Positions 38,837-48,144 of a stretch of DNA of 64,000 nt are shown here, one piece after another; positions within the stretch are counted from its first letter, which is position 1, and each line of letters begins with the position of its first letter. Both the position numbers and the translations under genes were made by a program. This stretch comes from an uncultured Mesonia sp. Its GTDB lineage: Bacteria; Bacteroidota; Bacteroidia; Flavobacteriales; Flavobacteriaceae. The stretch is taken from positions 17,863 to 81,862 of the forward strand of contig CATQIB010000010.1 in the NCBI GenBank assembly GCA_958296185.1. Direction: 5' to 3'. Below the pieces are notes generated by a model. It was not told the DNA's origin and made no database searches. It saw only the letters and a list, made by a program, of their open reading frames with translations.

Positions 38837-40135
38837 ATGGAGAATAAAAACTTTGTACAAGAACTCGAGTGGAGAGGTATGCTAAATGATGTGATGCCAG
38901 GAACAGAAGAGCATTTGCTCGAAGCTATGCGTACCGCTTATGTGGGTATAGACCCTACCGCAGATTCGTTGCATATTGGGCACCTAGTAAGTGTTATGAT
39001 GCTGCGCCACTTTCAACTGGCAGGGCATAAACCAATGGCTTTAATAGGTGGTGCTACGGGTATGATTGGAGACCCTTCGGGAAAATCGACAGAACGTAAT
39101 CTATTAGACGAAGAAACGCTTCAGCATAATCAAGACAGCATCAAAAAACAATTAGAACGTTTTCTTGATTTTTCTGAAGGAGAAAACAACGCCGTATTGG
39201 TCAATAATTATGACTGGATGAAGGATTTTTCTTTCTTAGACTTTGCTCGCGATATAGGTAAACATATAACGGTGAACTATATGATGGCAAAGGATTCTGT
39301 AAAGAAACGTTTTAGTGCCGAATCTAAAGAGGGGATGAGTTTTACTGAATTTACTTATCAATTGATTCAAGGTTATGATTTTTTACACCTTTATCAGCAA
39401 AAAGATTGCACCCTACAAATGGGCGGTAGCGACCAATGGGGTAATATTACTACCGGTACAGAAATGATAAGAAGAATCGGGAAAGGTAAAGCCTATGCTT
39501 TAACCTGTCCGTTGATTACAAAAGCTGATGGTACAAAATTTGGAAAAACAGAAGGGGGTAATATTTGGTTAGATAAAGAGCGTACCTCACCCTACAAATT
39601 TTACCAATATTGGTTAAATACCAGCGATGAAGATGCCGAAAAATATATCAAGATATTTACCTTTTTAAGCCAGCAAGAAATTCAGAATCTTTTGAAAGAA
39701 CATCAAGAGGCTCCGCACTTACGTCTACTTCAAAAGCGACTAGGTGAAGAGGTAACCAAAATGGTGCACGGAGAAGAAGATTATGAAAAGGCCATTCAAG
39801 CCTCGCAAGTTCTTTTTGGAAAGAGTACGGCAGAAGACTTAAAAAAATTAGATAAAGCTACTTTTCTAGACGTCTTTGAAGGAGTGCCACAAGCAGAGGT
39901 GAGCAGAGCTGATATTGAGCAAGGTTTAGATATGATTGCGGCATTGTCTGCTAAAACTAATTTTTTAGCCAGTAATGGTGAGGCGAGACGAGCGCTTCAA
40001 GCCAATAGTGTTGCGGTAAACAAAGAAAAAGTAAAAGAAGATTTTATAATTCAACCAGAAAATCTAATCAATAATCAATATGTAATTCTTAATAAAGGAA
40101 AGAAGAATACTTATATTATCGCTATTGCGGATTAA
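38837..40135 (+). CDS. tyrS: tyrosine--tRNA ligase
   Basis: HIGH motif SLHIGHL, KMSKS-type [10 protein letters not shown], and a C-terminal S4-like domain. A TATCTTTG -7 box at 38810-38817 lies downstream of the ORF-track start 38786. Confidence 0.94.
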   Translation: MENKNFVQELEWRGMLNDVMPGTEEHLLEAMRTAYVGIDPTADSLHIGHLVSVMMLRHFQLAGHKPMALIGGATGMIGDPSGKSTERNLLDEETLQHNQDSIKKQLERFLDFSEGENNAVLVNNYDWMKDFSFLDFARDIGKHITVNYMMAKDSVKKRFSAESKEGMSFTEFTYQLIQGYDFLHLYQQKDCTLQMGGSDQWGNITTGTEMIRRIGKGKAYALTCPLITKADGTKFGKTEGGNIWLDKERTSPYKFYQYWLNTSDEDAEKYIKIFTFLSQQEIQNLLKEHQEAPHLRLLQKRLGEEVTKMVHGEEDYEKAIQASQVLFGKSTAEDLKKLDKATFLDVFEGVPQAEVSRADIEQGLDMIAALSAKTNFLASNGEARRALQANSVAVNKEKVKEDFIIQPENLINNQYVILNKGKKNTYIIAIAD

Positions 40136-40161
40136 ACCAGAGTTTTAAAATACCAACAATA

Positions 40162-40193
40162 CAAAAAAAGAAACCCCAGCACTGCTGGGGTTT
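40162..40193 (-). terminator. terminator between tyrS and the LuxE-like gene (T-tract on the minus strand)
   Basis: 11-bp stem gaaaccccagc / gctggggtttc with a 3-nt loop. A7 upstream on the plus strand equals T7 downstream on the minus strand. Confidence 0.7.
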
Positions 40194-40296
40194 CCTACTA
40201 ACTAACCAATCTATTATGAAAAAACTTTCATCTTAGCATAATATAAGACGAATTTAAGGCAAAAAACTTACATTTAAAAATAACTTTAACAAAATT

Positions 40297-41280
40297 TTAT
40301 AATAAAAGTAAATTGCAGCCGCGAATATCACTAGCGTCAAACCGCCCGATAACCCTGAATTCATTGGCGTTGAGCTTACTTCCGAGGTCTTGTGTTGCAA
40401 TAAAAGAGCATGAGTGCAAATTGGCTAAATCAATGACGTTTATACCTCCAGTTTTTCCGTTTTTAAGAATTCTAGTAGGTTCTTCGGGGTCACGTATTAA
40501 GATATCCATCCAGGCTGCCGGTTGAAATATTCCTTCTCCTTTCGAGTATGCTTGCGAGAGCAGTTCGGTCATTCCGTATTCACTATGAACGCGTGGTAAT
40601 TTAAAGGCTCTACCAATTACTTGGTGCAGTTCTTCCCGAATCATTTCTTTTCGCCTGCCTTTCATGCCTCCCGTTTCCATTATTATGGTGTGCTTTAATT
40701 CCATCGGAAACTGCTCTGCTAAATCCAATAAGGCAAACGAAACGCCTAATAATAAAGTTTTTTGTTGCTGCGACTCTAGCAATTTTAAGGTTTGTACTAA
40801 TTCTTCTAAATTGTTGAGGTAAAATCCGCTTTTAGCATGACCACTTTGAGCAATTAAATCTTGCGCCATATAAATGAGAGAGGATCCTTCTCTTTCTAAA
40901 TAAGCAGGTAACAGAGCTAGTACAGCATAGTCTTTAATATCTCCGTAAAATTGTTTAAAAGTAGTTCTAAAGCTTTTTTTGTAAAGATTAAGCTTACTTA
41001 CATAGTGTTTACTAGTTGTATGTCCTGTGGTTCCGCTACTGCTAAAGACAATTTCGGCAGGAGTGCTGGGGCTATAGATTTTATTCGTTTTAAAGAACTG
41101 AATGGGTAAAAACGGAATTTGGTCTATATATTTTACCTGATCTGGAGATACCTTAAGGTAATCGCAAAATTCTTTGTAAATAGATACATGATGGTATTGA
41201 TAATGGAAAACTTCAATACAGACCTCATCAAAAGTACGCCGGTTGGAAATAGCAAATATTTTGTTTTCTAATTTCATCAT
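40297..41280 (-). CDS. LuxE-like acyl-protein synthetase / acyl-adenylate-forming family protein
   Basis: 327 aa. SSGTTGHTTSKHY adenylate-forming motif and ETGGMKGRRKE. Confidence 0.7.
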   Translation of the reverse strand: MMKLENKIFAISNRRTFDEVCIEVFHYQYHHVSIYKEFCDYLKVSPDQVKYIDQIPFLPIQFFKTNKIYSPSTPAEIVFSSSGTTGHTTSKHYVSKLNLYKKSFRTTFKQFYGDIKDYAVLALLPAYLEREGSSLIYMAQDLIAQSGHAKSGFYLNNLEELVQTLKLLESQQQKTLLLGVSFALLDLAEQFPMELKHTIIMETGGMKGRRKEMIREELHQVIGRAFKLPRVHSEYGMTELLSQAYSKGEGIFQPAAWMDILIRDPEEPTRILKNGKTGGINVIDLANLHSCSFIATQDLGSKLNANEFRVIGRFDASDIRGCNLLLL

Positions 41281-41312
41281 TTTACGAAAGAATTTGAGGC
41301 AAAATTACGAAT

Positions 41313-41343
41313 AAAAAAAGCGCTCTAGAGTAGAGCGCTTTTA
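41313..41343 (-). terminator. terminator downstream of the T9SS-exported protein gene
   Basis: Stem aaagcgctcta / tagagcgcttt with loop gag. A7 on the plus strand gives T7 on the minus strand. Confidence 0.8.
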
Positions 41344-41364
41344 TTAATTGAGAATCGAATCAAC

Positions 41365-43098
41365 TTATTCAACAATTAACTTTTGTGTAACGGTGTTACC
41401 ATCTGCTTTGATTTGTACCAAGTACATACCAGCAGCGAAGTTAGATACGTCAATAGTTTTTACGGTGTTGTTGGCCTTAAAAATTTGCTCTCCTAAAATC
41501 GTGTAAATACTCACTTCTACCTCGTTTAAATCTCGGTACTCAAAGTTAACCACAGATCCGTTAGCAGGGTTAGGGTACATATTGATTTTGCTTAATAACT
41601 CAACAGATTGAGTAGATAAGGCAGCGTTAAAGTCGTTAGAACTTCTTGGGAATATTTGAGCAGTAACGTTTGTTCCGTCATCGTAAGATGAAGCGATCCC
41701 TACTACATTTTGGTATTGTCCCGCGATTACGGTACCAATATAATCTGCACTGTAGAAGTTGGTTCTTAATACTGTATTGTCGTTACCATCGTTTAAAGTA
41801 TAGTTGGTGCCAGTTGCAAAAGTAGCTGTACCGTCTGCTTCAGTAATGGTTACATTTTGAAATGCAATTAACTCAGACTCATACATCTCTGGATTAGCAT
41901 TGTAAGCGCTTATGCTAAGAATTTGTGGAGCAACGTTATTACCTGTTGAAGTAGCTGCACCTGGATCGGTTTCTGGTACAAACTGCATAATGCCACCAAA
42001 CTCGGTTAAAGTACCCTCGATTCCTGTGATTCCGTCACCTATGTTATACGTAGTAGTAATTACACCGTTGTTATCATCGATTAAGATTGCAGCAGTAGCA
42101 TCTTGAATATACTTCTGACCTCTAAAAGACTGTTGCATAGTAAGTACAGCTTCACCGGTTAAGATGTATTTCTCGTTTAAGGTTTGTGTTCTTAAAGTAG
42201 CTAAATCTGCAACAGTAGTTGATGGGTCACAAGCAGGAGAAGTTATGGTTCCTGAAATGTTACAGTTGGCACTAGTAATGGTATAGTTCAAGTCGGTTCC
42301 TTCGGTAATACCTGAAATAGTAACCGTACCTGTTGCTTGTGTATTGGCGTCGTCACCCCCTAAGGTACCTTCATTAAGGCTAAGCGTATAAGTTTCTGTT
42401 CCTCCACCTGTAAATGAAGCAGTAACGGTATAGGTGTCTGTACCACTAGTTTTTGCATCACAGCTTACGTCTGTAATAGTAAAGCTTAGTGGGCATGGAG
42501 TACCCGCTGTAGTATAAGTTCCTAAACCAATAATGCTCTCAAAAGTAGCACCACCTTGGCAAGTACCTAAACCATTTAAGGCTCCGTTATAGAAATCCCA
42601 ATCTGCTGCGGCAAATGTACCAGCCGTAGTACCAGACTTACGCTTCGCGTAGCCATCTTTGTATTCCCAAACTTCTCCTGAACCGTCTTGGCTATCTACG
42701 CCGTACTCATCTACAGAAACGCCTGGGTTACTATCTAGCACCAAACGAATACGGTCATTACCGTTAAAACTCATCACACTTGCCGTAGTAGCAAAGGTAT
42801 TGGTTGCGCTAGGAAACTCAGTTGCAAAACTCGGGTCATCTGCATACACATAAGCGAAAGCATCGGTAAGGGTACCAAGAGAAGCTAAGTTTAAAGCGTT
42901 ACCCCAAGTGGTATTGGCATTGGTTTGGTTCTCTAAAGAATACAAAGAAAAATCTACAGTACCTTGAGCGTAGATTTCTAATACTTTAGGATTACCGCCA
43001 GAACAATCTCCATCGGAAATCATGGTAATAATAGGTCCTTGAGCAAAACTAAATAAGCCTGTAAGGAGCATGAAAGTTAAAAAAGTAATTTTTTGCAT
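41365..43098 (-). CDS. T9SS-exported multidomain protein (lamin-tail-like N-terminal module, Ig-like Thr/Gly-rich middle, beta-sandwich/OB-like module, Por C-terminal sorting domain)
   Basis: 577 aa from MQKITFLTFMLLTGLFSFAQG. NPKVLEIYAQGTVDFSLYSL resembles the lamin-tail-domain core. C-terminal MYPNPANGSVVNF...GMYLVQIKADGNTVTQKLIVE is a type A T9SS sorting domain. A TACCTTTG -7 box covers the ORF-track start. Confidence 0.8.
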   Translation of the reverse strand: MQKITFLTFMLLTGLFSFAQGPIITMISDGDCSGGNPKVLEIYAQGTVDFSLYSLENQTNANTTWGNALNLASLGTLTDAFAYVYADDPSFATEFPSATNTFATTASVMSFNGNDRIRLVLDSNPGVSVDEYGVDSQDGSGEVWEYKDGYAKRKSGTTAGTFAAADWDFYNGALNGLGTCQGGATFESIIGLGTYTTAGTPCPLSFTITDVSCDAKTSGTDTYTVTASFTGGGTETYTLSLNEGTLGGDDANTQATGTVTISGITEGTDLNYTITSANCNISGTITSPACDPSTTVADLATLRTQTLNEKYILTGEAVLTMQQSFRGQKYIQDATAAILIDDNNGVITTTYNIGDGITGIEGTLTEFGGIMQFVPETDPGAATSTGNNVAPQILSISAYNANPEMYESELIAFQNVTITEADGTATFATGTNYTLNDGNDNTVLRTNFYSADYIGTVIAGQYQNVVGIASSYDDGTNVTAQIFPRSSNDFNAALSTQSVELLSKINMYPNPANGSVVNFEYRDLNEVEVSIYTILGEQIFKANNTVKTIDVSNFAAGMYLVQIKADGNTVTQKLIVE

Positions 43099-43122
43099 AA
43101 TAAATTTATTTAATGATGTCAT

Positions 43123-43130
43123 CAAAGGTA
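43123..43130 (-). promoter_or_regulatory. -7 box TACCTTTG (T9SS-exported protein gene)
   Basis: Plus strand reads caaaggta. Lies 24 nt upstream of the ATG at 43098. Confidence 0.5.
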
Positions 43131-43251
43131 CAAATATGTACTAGGATTTGGTATGATTTTAATCAATTTTTTTATTTCTTAACTTATCAGGAGATAATAT
43201 ATAAGTCTGATTGTTAATTGATTAAAAGCTAAATTTAGGTTTTATTTATTT

Positions 43252-43285
43252 AACAGTGGGAAAGTTTTAAAACTTTCCCACTGTT
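43252..43285 (-). repeat. 34-nt perfect palindrome (15-17 bp stem) 10 nt after the lipoprotein stop; terminator-like but without a U-tract
   Basis: aacagtgggaaagtttt|aaaactttcccactgtt, read directly from the sequence. Confidence 0.7.
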
Positions 43286-43295
43286 ATTGTGTGAG

Positions 43296-44465
43296 TTACT
43301 GATTGAATCCGCCTTGAGCCGAGAAATTAGTCCATTTGGCAAAAGCGCTTTCATCTGCACCACTTGCCGCAGGGTTTTCATCGATTAATTGAGAGGCAAT
43401 GTCGGTTTGATCTACGTTATTAACCACTAAGTTGTTGTACTGGTCAAAGAAAGTATTGGTAAAAGATAATTCACCATTAGTTACTTCTTGTGTTTGATCG
43501 TTTACAAAAATCATGCTGTCATAATTATAACCTACAATATTCTCAAAAATACCAGCTGTACCTTGTTTTAAGTCAAATGCAGCTTTACCAGGTCTATTGT
43601 GTCCTCGTAGGGTTACATTACTTACTTGTGCACTAGAGCGTGGGCTAGCATTGTTTTCTCCACTTCTGTTGGCCAATTCAAAGGCAAAATCTCCAGTAGC
43701 ATCGTATTGGTAAATCACAACGTTATTTAAGCTTCCGCGGAAACCTTCATCCCAATCGATTGAATCATCTTCCATTCCTACGGCTGAAAGGTTTTTGGCA
43801 TTTACCGTACCTCCATAAAACTCAAAACCGTCATCGGCTCCTTCAAATGCTTCACAATACTCCACTACAGTGCCGCTTCCTACTGCAAAAAAGGAGAAAG
43901 CATTGAATTCAAATTGTCCGTCTGATGAGGCCTGACCGGCATACTCTACACGCACATAACGCAAAACGCCAGAGTTATCGTTATCGTCGTTTCCGCCATA
44001 AGGTAATTGACCAGCTTCAGATAATGAAGTACCACCGGGAGCATTCATTTTAGCTTTACCATGTATGCCAATACCACCCCAATCGCCATCGCCTCCTTCT
44101 GCATTTTTATTTTCAGAAGTGAATACAATAGGCTCTTGGGCAGTACCTTCGGCCATAATTTTACCGCCTTGCTCGATAAACAAAAGGTTGATACCAGCTG
44201 CTTGATCTTCGGCCATTACCGTAAAAGTAGTACCTTTTTCTATGGTTAAAGTGGCGCCATCTTTAACCGATACCGCTCCGCGAAGAGCATAATTTCCCTT
44301 GGGAACAAATAAATCTTGCGTGATTTCACCTGTAAGTACGTCACCTTGAAGAATATCCTCATTCACAGGGTTGTTGCTTGAGTTTCCTTCGTCATCACTG
44401 CTGCACGAGAACAGCATACCTAATAAGGCTGTGGCTAAAATGGTTTTACTGATTGTTTTTTTCAT
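43296..44465 (-). CDS. surface lipoprotein, non-SusD, possible parallel beta-helix; partner of the upstream TonB-dependent receptor
   Basis: 389 aa with lipobox GMLFSCSS. Repetitive Gly/Asp-rich segments (GDWGGIGIHGKA, GADDGFEFYGGT, EDDSIDWDEGF). Starts 18 nt after the receptor stop. Confidence 0.7.
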   Translation of the reverse strand: MKKTISKTILATALLGMLFSCSSDDEGNSSNNPVNEDILQGDVLTGEITQDLFVPKGNYALRGAVSVKDGATLTIEKGTTFTVMAEDQAAGINLLFIEQGGKIMAEGTAQEPIVFTSENKNAEGGDGDWGGIGIHGKAKMNAPGGTSLSEAGQLPYGGNDDNDNSGVLRYVRVEYAGQASSDGQFEFNAFSFFAVGSGTVVEYCEAFEGADDGFEFYGGTVNAKNLSAVGMEDDSIDWDEGFRGSLNNVVIYQYDATGDFAFELANRSGENNASPRSSAQVSNVTLRGHNRPGKAAFDLKQGTAGIFENIVGYNYDSMIFVNDQTQEVTNGELSFTNTFFDQYNNLVVNNVDQTDIASQLIDENPAASGADESAFAKWTNFSAQGGFNQ

Positions 44466-44483
44466 TGTTTTTAAATTTAAAGG

Positions 44484-47282
44484 TTAAAATGTATATGTAA
44501 AGTTTAATCCAAAAGTAATTCCCTGGTCAAAACGCTCAATCTGATTGCTAAAGCGGTCGGGAAAACGAACGTTTTGGGTTGGGTCTTGTGTAAATAAAGT
44601 TTCTTCATCTAAGAGGTTACGCACGGTGAGCTTTACACCAAACTTTTTGTTGAATTGAGTGTTCCAAGTGAGGTCCAATTGGTTGAGTGGTTTTTCATAA
44701 ATCTCGTCTGCGCCCTCAACTCCAACGGCATAAATACGTTTCCCGTAGGTGTTAAAAATTAGGTTGATTTTAGATTCTAGTTGCTCCCTATCAAATAATT
44801 GATATCCCAAATCAGCATTTAGCCCCCAGTTAGAAGCACCTTGTAATTTTCTCTCTTTATGGGTAACCACTGCAAAGCGAGGATCATTCTCGTCGGCCTG
44901 AGCCTTTGAATTCATGAGGATGGCATTTAAGCCAAATTGCCAAGGTTTAAGCTGATCCATTTTACTAACATTCCCTAGGTTTAATTTCATTTCAAACTCC
45001 AATCCGTAAAGGTGGGCGCTTTCAAAATTGTCGAAAAAAGTACGGTAACCAACCGAGGTAGAACGCGCCAAACGCTCAATAGGATCTTTTAAATATTTAC
45101 CAAATACGGTTACAGCAAGTAACTCGGCATTACTAGGAAAAATTTCGTACTTGATGTCTAGGTTGTAATTGGTGGAGTTTAGTAAATCGGGGTTACCAAT
45201 AACTTGATTACCATCACCATTTTGGTAAACTGTGGGTAAAATTTCGCGTAAGCGTGGTCTGGTATTGGTGATTGATGAGGTGAAACGCAAATTAGACAAC
45301 TCATTTAAACTGTATTTTATGTTTAAAGATGGATTGATGTCTAGCGGATCGTACTTGATCTTGCTAAAGGGGGTGTCGGGACGGTCTAAAGGCTCACGAT
45401 AGCTGATCTCTCGTATTGCTTTTTCTACGCGTACCCCTGCTTCTAAGACTATTTTTTCCCACTGTCTGTTGAATTGTAAATAACCCGCATGAATACCTTG
45501 GGTGATTTCACTTTTGGCAGTCGGATCAAATGTACTCGAATAACTTAAAAACCCGTTGGCAAATCCTGTCTCGAAGAAATCTTGAGGGTTGTTGGTATTC
45601 AATGCGGGAAGATCGTTGGTATTAACTTGGGCAGTAATAAATTTATTAAAGAAGTCGTAGGCAATCAAATCGGTTTGATAACCTATCTCTAGATGCCCCA
45701 TAAAATCTTCTGATTCTTTAGGGAGTAATCCTAAGCGGTAAGCCACTCTAGCATTAACGTTCTGGTTGTCTAATTCTTGGTAAAACTTAAAAGGATTAAT
45801 CCCATTAGTGGTAATGTACTCTGCATCTTCACCTACTCCAGCCGCACGTAGTACTCGTCTATCAGGTACTTGATTATTTCCTAGACCCACAGCACTGGCA
45901 AAATGCAATTCCTGTCTTTTTCCGTCTAGAGCATATTTACCTAAAAGTTGAAAATTTACTTGCTGATTCTCGGTATACCGCATATCTCGAATAAAGAAAT
46001 CTCGATTATTCAACTGGGTAAAACCATCATTTCGGCCATACGCCTCGCGAATGAAATTAGAACTGTTTTGTAGGTAAATAGTGTTGAAGGTTAGATCTAA
46101 TTTTTCATATAAATTGTAGTCTAAACTTAGTAAAGCCGATTTTTGTGTACGGTATTCATAGGTAGATGAGGTAAAATCTTGTCCGGCCGTACCTTCAGAA
46201 TTCAAAGTACGTTCAACACCGTCTTGAGCGCGATGTGAATTTCTAAAATTCATACTTAAAACCATACCAAGATCGCTTTTGTCTGAACTAAAAAGACGCT
46301 GACCGTGGGTAATCCCAAAGCGTGTGTCTAGGGGTGTTTTTCTTTTTTTAGGGGTCCAAGAGGTCGAAAAAAGCTCACCCGATTCACGCGGTGAAGCACT
46401 GTAACTTAGGTCACCAATTTCAGAAGGTAATGCACGCGAGTCACCCGTGTAACCAAATAATTCGGTTCCGCTGGCATCATCGGTATAAAAATCTTTAAAA
46501 GTGGTTTTAGTATTATAATTTACGCCGAAATTTATTTGTGTTTTAGGCTTAGCCGGTGCTTTTGGTGTATTTATTTTAAAGGTAGCTCCCGCAAAATCGC
46601 TATACAAACTTGGAGAGAAGGTCTTTAAGACATCAACCGAACTTACAATTGAGGTGGCGATATAACTAAGTGGTATGATTTTGAAATCGGGATCAGAGGA
46701 AGCCAATGGCAAACCGTTCACCAATAGGTAGTTGTAACGGTCATCTAATCCGCGCACAAAGACACCGCGATCTTGAACCATTGTAATTCCCGACACTTTA
46801 GAGACGCCTTGCTCTACATTGCTTACGGCTTTTCGCGATAATTCTTCGGCACCAATCGATTGCTGCATCTGAATCGCATTTTTTTGATCGAGCAAAAGGG
46901 CTACTTCAGAATCTCGGCTTTTTACTGCCGTAATCATTACTTCTTCTAGTGCTGCTGCACTCGATTTCAACCCAGTGCTTAAACGCGTAGTTTGATTGGC
47001 TTTAATGATAACTCCAGGAATGCTTACGGTTTCGTACCCAACAAAGCTGAATACAACTGTATAGGTTCCTACGGGTATTTGGGTTATTTCATAATTCCCA
47101 TCAAAATCAGAGGTGGTACCCTTATTGGTATTCTTTAAGGTAATATTGGCAAAAGGTAGCGGTTCGTTGTTTACTTCCTTATCGGTTAAGCTTCCGCTAA
47201 TACTTCCAAATTCTTGCGCCCAGACCAGTGGTGTTAGGCAAAATAATAATAATGTTAATGTAGTTTTCATTGCAGTTTTCAT
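44484..47282 (-). CDS. TonB-dependent receptor with N-terminal carboxypeptidase-regulatory-like domain
   Basis: 932 aa with a signal peptide (TPLVWAQ). CarbopepD_reg-like GSISGSLTD...ANITLKNTNKGTTSDFDGNYEITQIPVGTYTVVFSFVGYE. Plug region (VSGITMVQDRGVFVRGLDDRYN). C-terminal aromatic residue (NFTYTF). Confidence 0.9.
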   Translation of the reverse strand: MKTAMKTTLTLLLFCLTPLVWAQEFGSISGSLTDKEVNNEPLPFANITLKNTNKGTTSDFDGNYEITQIPVGTYTVVFSFVGYETVSIPGVIIKANQTTRLSTGLKSSAAALEEVMITAVKSRDSEVALLLDQKNAIQMQQSIGAEELSRKAVSNVEQGVSKVSGITMVQDRGVFVRGLDDRYNYLLVNGLPLASSDPDFKIIPLSYIATSIVSSVDVLKTFSPSLYSDFAGATFKINTPKAPAKPKTQINFGVNYNTKTTFKDFYTDDASGTELFGYTGDSRALPSEIGDLSYSASPRESGELFSTSWTPKKRKTPLDTRFGITHGQRLFSSDKSDLGMVLSMNFRNSHRAQDGVERTLNSEGTAGQDFTSSTYEYRTQKSALLSLDYNLYEKLDLTFNTIYLQNSSNFIREAYGRNDGFTQLNNRDFFIRDMRYTENQQVNFQLLGKYALDGKRQELHFASAVGLGNNQVPDRRVLRAAGVGEDAEYITTNGINPFKFYQELDNQNVNARVAYRLGLLPKESEDFMGHLEIGYQTDLIAYDFFNKFITAQVNTNDLPALNTNNPQDFFETGFANGFLSYSSTFDPTAKSEITQGIHAGYLQFNRQWEKIVLEAGVRVEKAIREISYREPLDRPDTPFSKIKYDPLDINPSLNIKYSLNELSNLRFTSSITNTRPRLREILPTVYQNGDGNQVIGNPDLLNSTNYNLDIKYEIFPSNAELLAVTVFGKYLKDPIERLARSTSVGYRTFFDNFESAHLYGLEFEMKLNLGNVSKMDQLKPWQFGLNAILMNSKAQADENDPRFAVVTHKERKLQGASNWGLNADLGYQLFDREQLESKINLIFNTYGKRIYAVGVEGADEIYEKPLNQLDLTWNTQFNKKFGVKLTVRNLLDEETLFTQDPTQNVRFPDRFSNQIERFDQGITFGLNFTYTF

Positions 47283-47329
47283 TTACGCTGCAAAGAAATT
47301 TTATAATCACAAGAAAAAAGTTATCTGGT

Positions 47330-47399
47330 TGTTAAGTATCTTTAAACCCATGTTAGCAAATGGTTACCTATGTTAAGTTGGTAGCGTCAATTCTTAACA
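47330..47399. promoter_or_regulatory. periodic TGTTA array in the divergent receptor/regulator intergenic region (candidate response-regulator operator)
   Basis: TGTTA at 47330, 47351 and 47371 (spacing 21 and 20 nt), two of them as TGTTAAGT. An inverted copy TAACA sits at 47395-47399. Confidence 0.35.
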
Positions 47400-47454
47400 A
47401 AGAGGGTAGCCTTATTTTAACTATTTTTACACCAGCATAAATAATGTAAAAAGC

Positions 47455-48138
47455 ATGAATAAAAGTGATATAAAGATACTCTTAGTAGATGATGAGCCTG
47501 ATATTTTAGAAATTATAAGTTATAATTTAAAGCAAGAGGGATATCAAGTGGTTACAGCCGAAAATGGAAAAGAAGGAGTTCGAAAAGCCAAAAAACATCT
47601 TCCGCAATTAATTGTATTAGATGTAATGATGCCCGAAATGGACGGTATGGAGGCTTGTGAAAAAATTCGCCAAGAACCCCAGCTAGATGGCAGCTTGATT
47701 TGTTTTCTTACCGCTAGAGGAGAAGACTATTCTCAAATGGCAGGTTTTGATGCTGGCGCAGACGATTATATCACAAAGCCTATTAAACCTAAGGTACTAG
47801 TGAGTAAGGTTAAGGCTTTATTGAGGCGAATTCAACCTTTAGAAAATGAGCAGGGAATTACAGAAATAGGCGATATTACTATCAATCAAGAAGAGTATAA
47901 AGTAATGCTAGGTAAAAAAGAATTGATTTTGCCCCGTAAAGAATTCGAACTATTAGCTTTGCTCGCATCTAAACCAGGAAAAGTCTTTAAACGCGAAGAT
48001 ATTCTAGCCAATGTTTGGGGCAACGAGGTGGTTGTAGGAGGAAGAACCATAGATGTGCACATCAGGAAATTACGCGAGAAAATGGGCGATAAGCGCTTTA
48101 AAACGGTGAAAGGGGTAGGCTATAAATTTGTAGTATAA
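47455..48138 (+). CDS. OmpR/PhoB-family response regulator (receiver + winged helix)
   Basis: 227 aa. ILLVDDEPDIL, phospho-acceptor context LIVLDVMMPEMDG, and a C-terminal winged helix ending GVGYKFVV. Confidence 0.92.
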   Translation: MNKSDIKILLVDDEPDILEIISYNLKQEGYQVVTAENGKEGVRKAKKHLPQLIVLDVMMPEMDGMEACEKIRQEPQLDGSLICFLTARGEDYSQMAGFDAGADDYITKPIKPKVLVSKVKALLRRIQPLENEQGITEIGDITINQEEYKVMLGKKELILPRKEFELLALLASKPGKVFKREDILANVWGNEVVVGGRTIDVHIRKLREKMGDKRFKTVKGVGYKFVV

Positions 48139-48144
48139 AATACT

